A stretch of 64,000 nt of DNA, from contig CAWAUV010000004.1 of assembly GCA_963785305.1 (NCBI GenBank), forward strand, positions 96,001-160,000, given 5' to 3'. Below, in pieces: positions 11,876 to 21,859 of the stretch (positions are counted from its first letter, which is position 1; each line of letters begins with the position of its first letter). The notes beneath the pieces are model-generated. The model ran no database searches. It was not told the DNA's origin and saw only the letters and a list, made by a program, of their open reading frames with translations. This DNA comes from an uncultured Planctomycetaceae bacterium. Lineage in GTDB: Bacteria; Planctomycetota; Planctomycetia; Pirellulales; PALSA-1355. The position numbers and the translations under genes were made by a program.

Positions 11876-14083
11876 TCAGTCTTGAACGAACGATAGCACG
11901 ATCGCTTCGTTCATGGTCCACTTGAAGTCGAATTCCTGCCCATCGCCCAGCGATTTGCCGCCGCGCTCGTCGCGAGCGTCTTTCACGGGCATCGCGAACC
12001 GCAGCGTCACGGGGATCGTATCGGATTTCAGTCCCGTCGAATTGCCGCCACCGGTCGAGGAGCCCACGATCTCGGGATTGAAGCACAGCATTGCAATCGT
12101 GCGGCAGCCCTTGGTCCAGTAGGTGATCTCATAGCCGTGGGTCGCGGCCGAGGCGTTTTTGATCTCGACCCAGCGCTTGACCCCGGCTTCGCGCAGCGGG
12201 GCCATGAATGTCTCGCGCTTGGTGGCGGCCTCGAACCCTTGCACACGATAGGCGTTGTACCACTGCGGCGAGAGATTCATCAGCACGGCTCGGCCGGCGC
12301 CGAACCCGCGGTTCGTTTGCGTGGGCATTTCTCGCACGACTTTGTGGAAGCCGCTGGGGTCTCGCACGCACTTGCTCTGGTTCGTGAGAAACTCCTCGTA
12401 GCTCTTCCAGTTGAAGTTGGCGTCTTGGTCGACTTCGCACCACAGCGAACCGTTGAAGAGGTCGTTTGACCGCAGCCTTGGGTTGTGGCGAACTCCGAAC
12501 ATATCGTCGAGCGCACGGCGCTGCCGTTGCCCGCGCCCGAGTCGGCCGAGCCGCTGTGGCCTTTGCCGTGTTCGTCCCACAGCCCGGGCAGATAGTCGGC
12601 GACGACGGTTCCCCCGGCGCGGCAAAAGTCGCGAATTCGCTCGGCCTCGGCATTCTGAGAGGCAAAGCGTGGCCGGCAAGATGAGCACCCGGTATTCCCT
12701 GGGCACGCCGTGCTGAATCACATCGGCATAGTTGATGAAACTATATTGGAGCCCCGAATCGCGGAGCATGTTCTCCCAGGCATGTCGCACATGGTGCGCG
12801 GCGCCGAGCCGCTCATCGCCATTGCGATTGATCCAGGTCTTGCCGTGGGCTTCGGCGTCGAGAATCCAGCCCAATTGAATCGAAGCGTGGTTGTAGTAGA
12901 TCGCCACCCGATCATGCCGCCATTCGGCCTCGGCCAAGAGCGGGCCGATCTTCTTTTCGGCTTCCAAGAAGGTGGGCGCTACTCGGTCGTGCCACGGCTT
13001 CGGCTCCGCCCCATCGAACCAATTCTCGACCCAGGAAATGAATCCACGGTTTCCGTGCGCGAGGTAATACCACGTTTGCCAAATATCGTCGTCGACCGAG
13101 CGGTGGAAATGAGTCGTCACCGTCGGGATCGCGTTTCCCGGATTGAACGAACGAATGATCGCCTGCGAACCGCCGATGTTGTAGGCCTCGAGGAACTGCG
13201 CCTTACGCATGAGCTTGGCATAATCGAAGCCGCCAAACGCATTGGGCGATTGCCCGCCCACGAAGCCGCAGGGCGTGGCCGGGTCGAGCGAATTCGAATA
13301 CTCGACCAGCTCGCCGAGGAAATTGTTCCAGTACGAATCGTTAAACGTCCATTGGTCCATGAGCGGGCTCGCGTCGAATTCGCGCACGCTCCACGAACGC
13401 AGCTTCGGGCGAATCGCGTCGTAGGTGATCCAAGTCGGGCGGCTCGGCGCCGATGGACCATAAATCTCGGCCAGCCAATCGCGATAGGCGTTCGGATCGT
13501 CGGTCACGCGCCACATCGTGGGATGGACGAAATGGCCCCAAGACACTTCATCGTCGAGCGCATAGGCCGCGCGCTGGGGCGACGACTTCAGCGCCTCGAT
13601 CGACTCTCGCATCCGCGATCGCAGCTTCTTGGCCATCGCGGCGTTGACCGGCGCCGAACGCACTCCGGCGCCATGCAACTCGGCCAAATGCGGTTTCACC
13701 TTGTCGCCGTCCCAAAGATGCAAGTCGCCCTTGCCGGCCGTGTGGTCATTGTAAAAACGAAGCCCGAAGCGATTGATCCAGTCGAGCCGGCCGGTTTTGG
13801 AACTACTGGTCTCGATCGCGGCCCGATCGATAAACGCGCCGTTGTATCCATGCTCGACCGACCAGCGGCCCGAGGCGTCGGTGTAACCGATGGTCCATTG
13901 GTAAGTCCAAGGCATGATCGTCCAGCTTGGAAATGCCTTGATGCACCAAGCCTTGTCCCGCGCCACGGGACGAAAGTCTTTCGATGTGCGCACATAGCGT
14001 TCGTAAGGATCATCGGCCGCGAGCGCGATGATCGGGCACGCCGCCAAGGCCATTACGCACAACGTCTCGCGAAAACCATGCAC
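11876..14083 (-). CDS. Secreted glycoside-hydrolase-like protein with a beta-galactosidase-trimerisation-like domain
   Basis: GTG 14083 after GGAGG; signal peptide ...ALAACPIIALA; AYALDDEVSW; VAIYYNHASIQ; YRVLILPATLCLS. Two compensating frameshifts (about 12650 and 12520) hide AEAERIRDFCRAGGTVVADYLPGLWDEHG. The track ORF 11876..15004 wrongly joins it to the upstream gene. Confidence 0.6.
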   Translation of the reverse strand: MHGFRETLCVMALAACPIIALAADDPYERYVRTSKDFRPVARDKAWCIKAFPSWTIMPWTYQWTIGYTDASGRWSVEHGYNGAFIDRAAIETSSSKTGRLDWINRFGLRFYNDHTAGKGDLHLWDGDKVKPHLAELHGAGVRSAPVNAAMAKKLRSRMRESIEALKSSPQRAAYALDDEVSWGHFVHPTMWRVTDDPNAYRDWLAEIYGPSAPSRPTWITYDAIRPKLRSWSVREFDASPLMDQWTFNDSYWNNFLGELVEYSNSLDPATPCGFVGGQSPNAFGGFDYAKLMRKAQFLEAYNIGGSQAIIRSFNPGNAIPTVTTHFHRSVDDDIWQTWYYLAHGNRGFISWVENWFDGAEPKPWHDRVAPTFLEAEKKIGPLLAEAEWRHDRVAIYYNHASIQLGWILDAEAHGKTWINRNGDERLGAAHHVRHAWENMLRDSGLQYSFINYADVIQHGVPREYRVLILPATLCLSECRGRANSRLLPRRGNRRRRLSARAVGRTRQRPQRLGRLGRGQRQRRALDDMFGVRHNPRLRSNDLFNGSLWCEVDQDANFNWKSYEEFLTNQSKCVRDPSGFHKVVREMPTQTNRGFGAGRAVLMNLSPQWYNAYRVQGFEAATKRETFMAPLREAGVKRWVEIKNASAATHGYEITYWTKGCRTIAMLCFNPEIVGSSTGGGNSTGLKSDTIPVTLRFAMPVKDARDERGGKSLGDGQEFDFKWTMNEAIVLSFVQD

Positions 14084-14166
14084 GACCCGCCTCCGATCTT
14101 CGGTGGATGGCAAAAGCGCGCCCGGCTCGATCCCAAGCGAATTCAAGCCTTGGGTCGGCGCCCTCG

Positions 14167-15342
14167 TCAAAGCGACGCTTGCAGCGCCTCCGCCTCGCGG
14201 CGCAGCGCATTGGAAGTATCCTCGACATTGCGACCCGTGGCAAACACGGTGACGATCGGCTCGCCCGGGCCGATGCGCGAGCCGGGACGAGGAATGTCGG
14301 CGAGTGTTTCGCCCGCGCGCTCGAGCCAAGCGGCCGAAGTCTCGAGCGAAATGGTTAGCGACCGTCGGGCAAACACGATCGCCTTGCCGCACGGCGGCGC
14401 CTTCCCCACGCATGCCGAAAACGCGGCCGCGTCGTCGAGCCTTCCCTGGCAGGCCGCCATGTGCAGCGCGACGCGCCGAGCCGCCGCTCGCGCGCTCGAG
14501 CGCCTCGACCGAGGCCGTGTAGCGGGGATTGACCTCGACGGGCCAGATCGAGCCGGGCCGGGTCCCGGTGGACTTAACCACCGCCGGCGAGACCACGGCG
14601 TCGACGCCGAACAGCCCTACGAACCGAAACGTCGCCCCGAGCACCGCTCCGATCCGCCGCCATTCCGCGAGCGCTGGCAACGCGAGCGCGAGTGGCCCGA
14701 CCGATCCGCAGTAACGAAACCCGGTCGCTCCGGTCCACGCTTCGCCGACCAACTGCCGAGTGACACCCAGCAGCCGCGTTTCTCCGAGGGCGGCGACGAA
14801 CACGGCGGAGGCCGATTCGCCGGCGATGTATTCTTGATAGTACGTGTCGCCGCGAGTCGGCGCGCGAGCCGCGGCAAGGGAGACGCCCACCCCGCCGCTC
14901 GAGCCTCGCGACTTTTGCAGCCACGCCGTTTCATCGCCTAGCGTGTCTCGCGAGCGGGCAAGCGCTGGCGCCTTGAGTCCCGCGGCATGCAAGGCGGCGG
15001 CCACGCGCCATGGATCCGCGCCGCCTCGAGCACGCCGGCATCGTTCCCCCAGAGTCGCCGCGACCGCGACCAGCGCGCCACGAGCTCCGGATAATTCTCT
15101 ATTCCACCGGTATATAACCAGCCGCCCGGCTGAGGGCCCAAGATCGCCTGCTCGAACCCGGCCGGATAGTCCGCGACGCGAACCACCGAACCGCGCCTGG
15201 CACGATTTGGATCGGCGGGATCGGGATTGGCAAGATCGACATCGGCGAATAGATCGGCGGCCAGCGTGGCAAAGCCGGCTCGCTCGGCAGACTGCGCCGC
15301 GGCGCGAACGCTCGCGCCCACGATCGTGAGCATTTCAGGCAT
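14167..15342 (-). CDS. ATP-grasp domain protein (COG2232-like carboligase, of the type seen with H4MPT/methanofuran C1 genes); frameshifted
   Basis: LTIVGASVRAAAQSA...AADLFADVDL, WLYTGGIENYP and LWGN; YYQEYIAG, FRYCGSVGP, GLFGVD and VEVNPRYTASVE; C-terminal GKAIVFA...LADIPRPG...GEPIVTVFA. Confidence 0.75.
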
Positions 15343-15444
15343 GATCGACTCATGGAAAATCGGAGGACGGCCGCTCACGGATCGTAACCCGGCCGTCCTC
15401 CGCTGTCGATCAACCGCCGGCGCCCATCGCTTCGCGATGCCGCG

Positions 15445-16000
15445 TTAACGCAAGAACTGCTGGCACCAGTAGGTCGAGCCTTCGGGAGTCGTGTAGGCCG
15501 CGACTCCGATTCGGGTGTAGCCCGAGTTGAGGATGTTGGCTCGATGGCCCGACGAATTCATCCACGACTGCATCGCCTCGCTGCTGCTGCGTTGTCCCAT
15601 GGCGATGTTCTCGGCGACCGGGGCGCTGGTGTGCTGCAAGGTGCGGGCTTGCGTCATCCAGGCCGCATGGCGGCGAGCTTGGTTCATCAGAAAACGATCG
15701 ATCACGAGCGGTCGCAAACCATAGCGTGCCCGTTGGGCGTTGGTTTGCTGCACGACGGCCGCCTCGGCGGGAAACAGATTGAGCTGATTCGCCGCTTGCT
15801 TGGGCTTCTCGCTCTGGGCGGGCGCCTCGCCACTCGCAGCCGCCTTGTCGGTCGCCGCCGCGCCGCTCTCGGCCGCGGGAGGCGCTGCTCGCCGCGCTCG
15901 TGCTGCCGGGGGCCGCCACCGCTTGGTTCGCGGGAGAAACCGCCGTGGGCGCCGCGGAGATCGCAAGGCCGACATAGAAAATGGCCAATGTGCTCGACAT
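15445..16000 (-). CDS. Secreted CAP/SCP domain protein; frameshifted
   Basis: Signal peptide MSSTLAIFYVGLAISAA; TNAQRARYGLRPL, ARRHAAWM, AENIAMG, WMNSSGHRANIL, IGVA and YWCQQF. Confidence 0.88.
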
Positions 16001-16170
16001 CAAGAATCCTTCCTTTCGGCCTCGGGCCAACGATGGCGACCGAGCCAGCCACCGAACAGTCGGGCGAAGCCAGACGCCGCCCGCTCGCCGCGAGGTTAAC
16101 GCGGCGACCGAAGCGGCAGGCATCGCCATCGGCCGCGGCTCGATGCGATCAGACCCAAGACGGTTTGGTA

Positions 16171-16343
16171 ATTGAAGAAAACGAAAACGGAAATCAGAAA
16201 CGCGTTTGCTCGAGCATGGGAGTCGGCAGCGCTACCGACGACCCGAGACGACGCGCTTCGCGGTGGGAGCCGCTTCGCGTGGATGAAGAACCTCGCCATG
16301 TCGTCGACGGAACATGTCGCGGTCTTCATCGCGGCCAAGCGGC
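16171..16343 (-). other. Candidate structured RNA leader or terminator: two long imperfect hairpins followed by a U-rich tract
   Basis: Stem GCCGCTT..GATGAAGA..CATGT / ACATG..TCTTCATC..AAGCGGC at 16269-16343; stem CGCGT..GTCGG / CCGAC..ACGCG at 16201-16255; A-rich 16171-16200 is U-rich on the minus strand. Confidence 0.35.
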
Positions 16344-16735
16344 CAGTGGCAAGCCGGAGGCAAAAGCTAAGGCGAACGCCGATTCATTGCAAGCGGCCAG
16401 GGCCATCGAATCGCGTCAAACCCAAGCGCCGCAACAAGAAAAAAATTTTGGACCCGCGACGTGTACAAATTCCGTGCCAACAATTCGCGGCCAGCGCGCG
16501 AGCCAAATCAAACGCAATTCGCGGCCGCGTGGCGTTGCTCGCCCCCTTGACAGCGCGGGCGGCGCGAGTCGCGCCAAGAAATGCATACACGCCATGTACA
16601 CAATTGCGAGAGCCGCCCTCTCCGCCGCGAAGCGGCGGCCTCGCGACTCTTGGATCGACCCCGAAAGGGTCGTATAGCAACGTTGGCCGCATGGCGCCAC
16701 AAGCGACTTCGGCGGCCAGCGGGCAAACGCCGACA

Positions 16736-17430
16736 TCAAGGCTGTCGCGGCTCGCTCGCGGGTTCTCGAATGAGCTGCTCGACCAATTCCGATACCTGCC
16801 GATACGTGAAGGGGCCTCCGCTCGTGTTCGCGTCTTCATTGTCGAACCGCTTGCGCAGGCGCCTTGGCGGTCGTAGACGAACACCGCCGGGATGCTCGCC
16901 AAGTGAAAACGACGATAGAGATCGTCGGATGCGTCGCTCGAAAGAATGTTGTCGAACGTCGCGTGCTTTGCTTCCAAGAATTTCAGCACTCGCGGCAAGT
17001 CATCGGCGGGCTTCGTGTCGGGTAGCCCCTCGAAATCGAAACTGAGCGACACGCATGCCAAGTCGCCGGCCGCATGTTCGCGATGCAAGTCGACGAGATG
17101 CGGGAACTCGCGCAAGCACGGCGCGCAGCTCGTGCTCCAGGCGTCCATCACCACCACCTTGCCGCGATGGCTGGCGATCAACCGCTCGATGCCCTCGAAA
17201 TCGAGAATCCGAACCTTCACATCGCTCGCCCTGGCGTCGTCCGCCGCCGTGGCGCCTTCGGCCGCCGGCGGCGGTTTGACCGATGGCATGGCCTCGCCGC
17301 TCGACGCCGTGGAAACGGTTGCCGCCGGCTCGACTTTTCGCGACGCTGGGGGCTCGCATCCCAATCCTAGCGCGGCGCTCGCCGCTCCCGCGAGTGCAAG
17401 CAGCCGCCAGCGCGAACAAAACCGATGCAT
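16736..17430 (-). CDS. TlpA-family thiol-disulfide oxidoreductase lipoprotein; frameshift near 16860
   Basis: Lipobox ALGLGC; GKVVVMDAWSTSCAPCLREFPHL (CxxC); SIPAVFVYDRQG; the shifted frame ends ...RFDNED...VSELVEQLIREPASEPRQP*. Confidence 0.85.
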
Positions 17431-17495
17431 GACTCCGACTCCTCTTCGTGAACGCTAGAAAACGATCCGCCCCATGTCCCCGCGCGATTCGGCCG

Positions 17496-18966
17496 CTATT
17501 TCTTATTGACCGCCGCTTTCTCCGCGGGCGTCGGCCAATCGGGCGAGGGAACATGCGACGCGGCCATGAACCGGCTCAGCTCGTCGACGATTTCGGGATG
17601 CTCGGCCGACACATCACGCGTTTCGCCCAGGTCGTTCGTGAGGTCGTAGAGCTCGGTCCGCGCCGGCCGATTTCGCACCGCTTTCCAAGGCCCCTTGCGC
17701 GCGGCCTGCGTGAAGCCGCGCTCATGGAATTCCCAGTAAAACGGGCCATGCGGCGCCTGCTCGTGGCCCGCGGCCGAGGCCCCGACGATCGTTGGCCACA
17801 TCGAAACTCCATCGATGTCCGCGGGTGGAGCGACATGCACGATGTCGGCCACCGTCGGCGGCACATCCCAAAATGCCCAGGGCTGGTTATTGGTTTGTCC
17901 GGCCGCGATGTGCCCGGAATATCGCACGATCATCGGAACCCGAATTCCGCCCTCGTACAAATCGCGCTTCGAGCCTCGCAAGGGGCCGCCATCGTCGAAG
18001 AAATCGAGCTTGGCGCCGCCCTCGGTATGGGGACCGTTGTCGCTTGTGAAAAACACGATGGTTCGATCGTCGATGCCGAGCGAGGCCAGTCGGTCGAGCA
18101 GCCGGCCGGTGTCGCGATCGAGCCGCGTAATCATGGCGGCGTGGCCCCGCTGAGCCGGCGGCCAGTCGCGATCCGAATAAGGCTCGTCGCTCGGCTGGTC
18201 GCGCGTGCCCTCGGATTTGGCTTCGTTGTTGGCATGAGGCAAGGTCGTGGCGAAGTACAAGAAAAACGGCTCGTCGCGATGCTTTTCCATGAAATCGAGC
18301 GCCGCCTCGATCAATAAATCCGGCGCATATTCGACCCGCTTCGTCGCCACGCCATGGGCCACCACATTCCCCAGCGGAACTCGCTCGCCATTGCGCCAGA
18401 GATGATCGGGATAGTAGTTGTGCGCATGCGTCTGATCGAGAAAACCAAACGACTGGTCGAAACCCTTGCGCATGGGCGCCCCGGTCGTGTCGGCGTCGCC
18501 GAGTCCCCATTTGCCGAACAGTCCAGTGGCGTAGCCCGCCTTTTTGCAAACTTCGGCCACGGTTTCGTCGGAAGGCGCGAGCGGTGTCTTGGCGTTGCCC
18601 CGCACTCGGGCATGGCCCGTGTGGCGCCCGGTCATGAGCGCAGGCGCGAGGGAGCGCAAACCGTGGAGCCGGCATGGCAATCCGTGAAGCGAATCCCCTC
18701 GGCCGCCATCCGATCGATCCGCGGAGTGAGTATCTTCTTCTGCCCTTGGCAGCCAAGATCGCCATAGCCAAGATCATCGGCGAGAATAAACACGATATTG
18801 GGTCGCGCCGGTTTGCTTGCCCCATCGGCCGCCAGCGCCGAGCGGATCGGGTGCCCGGCGCAAAGAGGCCACCCGCCGCAAGGAGCAAGGGAACCAAGGT
18901 GAGTAGGAGCTTGGCGAAAGCATCGGGGCGATTCGTCGATTGGCGGCGGTCGCGCGGCGCGGTCAT
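17496..18966 (-). CDS. Arylsulfatase (formylglycine-dependent, Cys-type); frameshifted
   Basis: [22 protein letters not shown] (CxPxR) followed across a frameshift by ALMTGRH; GKWGLG, FTSDNGP and [12 protein letters not shown]. Confidence 0.92.
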
Positions 18967-19147
18967 ATGCATGCCTCGTCGGAAATAAAATCGAATGGCC
19001 CAGGGGCGACAATATCAATAATTGCCGGCGACAAGCCGGCCATTTGGAGCGTCGCGCGTTCCTCGCGCGATCGGAGCCAACTGGCGCGAATAGCGCAATC
19101 GGCGACTCGCCGGCGATGGGCTGGCGCGTTACCCGGGCGCCATCGGC

Positions 19148-20038
19148 TCAGGCGGCGCCGTATTTCTTGAACCAGGCGAGCATTCGCTTCCAGCCGTCTT
19201 CCGCGTCGGCCTTGCGATAGCTGGGGCGATAGTCGGCGTTGAAGGCGTGTGGCGCGTCGGGATAGACGACGATTTCCGAAGGGCCGCCGGAAGCCTTGAT
19301 CGCCTCGCGCATCTGGTCGACCGTGGCAACCGGAATGCCATGGTCCTCGCCGCCATAAAGGCCCAGTACCGGCGCTTTGAGCGCCGAGGCCAGCTCGAGC
19401 GGGCTCTTCGGGTGCAGCGCGTCGCTGGCGCCCACCAGCCGGCCGTACCAAGCCGCTCCGGCCTTGAGCGCGGGGCTGTGGGCCGCATAGAGCCACACGA
19501 TTCGCCCGCCCCAGCAAAAGCCGGTGATCGCCAGCCTCGAGACATCGGCCTTGCCGGTCGATTGGGCCCAGGCCACGGTGGCGTCGAGGTCGGACATCAC
19601 CTGCGAGTCGGGCACTTTGGAGACAACCTCCTTGATCACCTTTTGAATGTCGGTCTCATGCGAGACATCGCCCTGGCGGAAATAGAGCTCGGTGGCGATC
19701 GCCATGTAGCCTAGCTTGGCGAGCCGGCGGCAAAGGTCCTTGATGTGCTCGTGCACGCCAAAGATTTCTTGCACCACCAGCACCACGGGAAAATCCTTGC
19801 CCGAGGCCGGTTGGGCGCGATAGGCCGGAATGGTTTCATTGCCGACCGGGATTTTTACTTCGCCGGCTTCGAGACCGGCGGCATCGGTCGAGATGGTTTC
19901 GGCCGAAACCGGCCGCACCGCCAGGGCGAACCCAGTGGCGAGCGAACCGCCCACGAAAGCCCGCCGCGACACTGCGCCAGCCGGGGCGCTGGAATCCTTC
20001 GAGGCACGATCGTTTCGCTTCACAAGAGTCTCGTCCAT
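19148..20038 (-). CDS. Dienelactone hydrolase family protein with Tat signal
   Basis: SRRAFV twin-arginine motif; [18 protein letters not shown] nucleophile; [11 protein letters not shown]. Confidence 0.93.
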   Translation of the reverse strand: MDETLVKRNDRASKDSSAPAGAVSRRAFVGGSLATGFALAVRPVSAETISTDAAGLEAGEVKIPVGNETIPAYRAQPASGKDFPVVLVVQEIFGVHEHIKDLCRRLAKLGYMAIATELYFRQGDVSHETDIQKVIKEVVSKVPDSQVMSDLDATVAWAQSTGKADVSRLAITGFCWGGRIVWLYAAHSPALKAGAAWYGRLVGASDALHPKSPLELASALKAPVLGLYGGEDHGIPVATVDQMREAIKASGGPSEIVVYPDAPHAFNADYRPSYRKADAEDGWKRMLAWFKKYGAA

Positions 20039-20156
20039 GGCCGGCGTCTCCCGAAAACATGTGGGGGTAAGTTGGGAAAATCGTCCCCATTGTTTCCACG
20101 CGCCGGGTGAAATTCAATCACTCCCATTGGCGGATCGCGACAATCGACGGGCTACG

Positions 20157-20471
20157 CTACGCCATGCACGGAGCCGCCGAGCGGTCCGCGGTGGCGGCGG
20201 TGGCGGCGGCGAGCGCTGGCGTGCGAGGAGCGGCGGCCCGATTCGCGCGACGGGGGCTCGGCGGCAATTGCAGCTCGTAGCGCGCCAGCACAATCGCGAT
20301 CGCGTCGCCAATCGGCCGCGGCCCACCCAATCGCTCGCCAAAGCGCTCAGCCAGCCGCTCGCCAAAGCGCGATTCGTTCTGCCGCGGTGCCGGTTGGGCC
20401 GTTGCGCTTGCGGGGCTGGCGCCAGCGGCGCTTGGGAATCGGTCGCTCGAAGTCGTGAGAGCTCGAATCAT
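20157..20471 (-). CDS. Small hypothetical protein (104 aa)
   Basis: ATG 20471 preceded by AAGGGGG, downstream of a strong promoter; one conserved-looking helix PRPIGDAIAIVLARY in a low-complexity background. Confidence 0.45.
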   Translation of the reverse strand: MIRALTTSSDRFPSAAGASPASATAQPAPRQNESRFGERLAERFGERLGGPRPIGDAIAIVLARYELQLPPSPRRANRAAAPRTPALAAATAATADRSAAPCMA

Positions 20472-20520
20472 GGACGGGGTCCCCCTTGGAGTGCATTGGT
20501 GGAGCGCGACGACCAACCAG

Positions 20521-20563
20521 TGTGCATATGTCCATTATTATGCGATATGTGTACATCTGTCAA
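20521..20563 (-). promoter_or_regulatory. Sigma70-type promoter overlapped by two imperfect palindromic operator-like sites
   Basis: Minus strand TTGACA (20563-20558), N17-18, TAATAAT; palindrome-like TGTGCATATGTCCA (20521-20534) and TGTACATCTGTCAA (20550-20563) in an AT-rich island. Confidence 0.55.
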
Positions 20564-20764
20564 CTCCCCGGAGCGGTGGATTTCCTGTTTGGCACAGGTT
20601 CTCGATTGACCTTGCTGCGCGCTGCGCGGCCGCTAACATGCCGCCCCTCGCGCGAGAGGGCGCCGCGCCAATGCGCCGCGGCGCATTGCGGCGATTCAAC
20701 CCTCGACCACCGCTTTCGACCTGACCCATTCGGACGGATCCGATGCACCGCGACGAGCCTCGGC

Positions 20765-21601
20765 GTGGCCCCCGCAGACGCGAAAACTCGCGTTCGCCCG
20801 CGCGCCGTCTCGCTGGGCGCCTTCGGTTTGCTCTTGGCCGGCGGCTGTGCCCAGAGCCCTTATCTGGCACAGAATCAGAATCAGGCTTCCGTTCAGCAAA
20901 ACTTGGCCCTTGAAGAACGCAGTCGCCAGCTCGAGTCGCGCACCGCCACACTCGATCGCGACAATCAAGAGTTGCAATCCTTGCTCGCCCAGTCGCGGCA
21001 GAATTCGAAATTGCTCGAAGAGCAACTCGTCGCAGTGCGCGACCAGCTTTCCAATGCCAGCGGGCAACTCGCGCAAACGCGTGAAGAAAGCCAGCAGCAG
21101 GCCCGGCAAACCGAGCAGCTTGTGGCCGCCACTCGCCGTCGCGGGGCGATCATCACCGCCAACAGCAGCGTCAAACGCACCTTGGCCAATCTGAATTTGC
21201 CGGGCCTCGAAGTTCGGCCCGATGGCGATGTGGTGCGGGTCGAACTGCCAGCCGAGCGGCTCTTCGGCTCCGGCTCGACCTTGCTCCAGCCAGCCGGCGC
21301 CAGTCTAGTCGAGGCCACCGCGGCCGAACTGAGCCGCGCGTTCCCCGGTCAGATCATCGGCATCGAAGGCCACACCGACAATCAGCCCGCCGCGATCGCC
21401 GGCGGCGCCCAGCAGCTCTCCGTGTCGCGGGCCATGGCCGTGTACCATGAGCTCGAAACTCGCGGACATTTTCAGCCCGGCCAACTCTTCGTCGCGGGCC
21501 ACGCGGCCAATCACCCGGTGGTGTCGAACGCCACGCCCGAAGGCCAGCGGCGCAACAATCGCATCGAGCTGGTCGTGTATCCCGAAAAAGCGGGCGGCTA
21601 A
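20765..21601 (+). CDS. OmpA/MotB-family lipoprotein with coiled coil (start uncertain)
   Basis: Lipobox LLAGGC; Gln-rich coiled coil; IEGHTDN, LSVSRA, HPVVSNATPEGQRRNNRIELVVYP. Confidence 0.85.
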   Translation: MAPADAKTRVRPRAVSLGAFGLLLAGGCAQSPYLAQNQNQASVQQNLALEERSRQLESRTATLDRDNQELQSLLAQSRQNSKLLEEQLVAVRDQLSNASGQLAQTREESQQQARQTEQLVAATRRRGAIITANSSVKRTLANLNLPGLEVRPDGDVVRVELPAERLFGSGSTLLQPAGASLVEATAAELSRAFPGQIIGIEGHTDNQPAAIAGGAQQLSVSRAMAVYHELETRGHFQPGQLFVAGHAANHPVVSNATPEGQRRNNRIELVVYPEKAGG

Positions 21602-21859
21602 TCGCGCAATTCGCCGAAGCCCATCAAGCCGCGGCGCCCGGGCCGCGAGCGGCGCCATCGCCGAATGCTAGCGCCGCCGGTCGTCTCGAAGGATTCAGCG
21701 CGGCATTTATGCCCCGCCGCACACATCCGCCGATCCCCCATCGGACCTCTGATCGGAAAGCCTTGGAGTTAGGGCGCGGCCGCGAGCTTGGTGGATGCCC
21801 TATTTTGCACCGCGTTTTGCTCCGCCAAATCACACGGGTAAGACCGATCAAACGGCTCG

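Noticed and set aside
12710..14941. Long antisense ORFs (for example 12710..14941 +, 457..1554 +, 46980..48713 -)
   Set aside because: Shadow ORFs opposite well-supported genes, expected in high-GC DNA.
11876..15004. 1042-aa ATP-grasp/glycosidase fusion shown in the ORF track
   Set aside because: The ATP-grasp C-terminus is in another frame ending at 14167, and the second gene has its own RBS, start and signal peptide at 14083.
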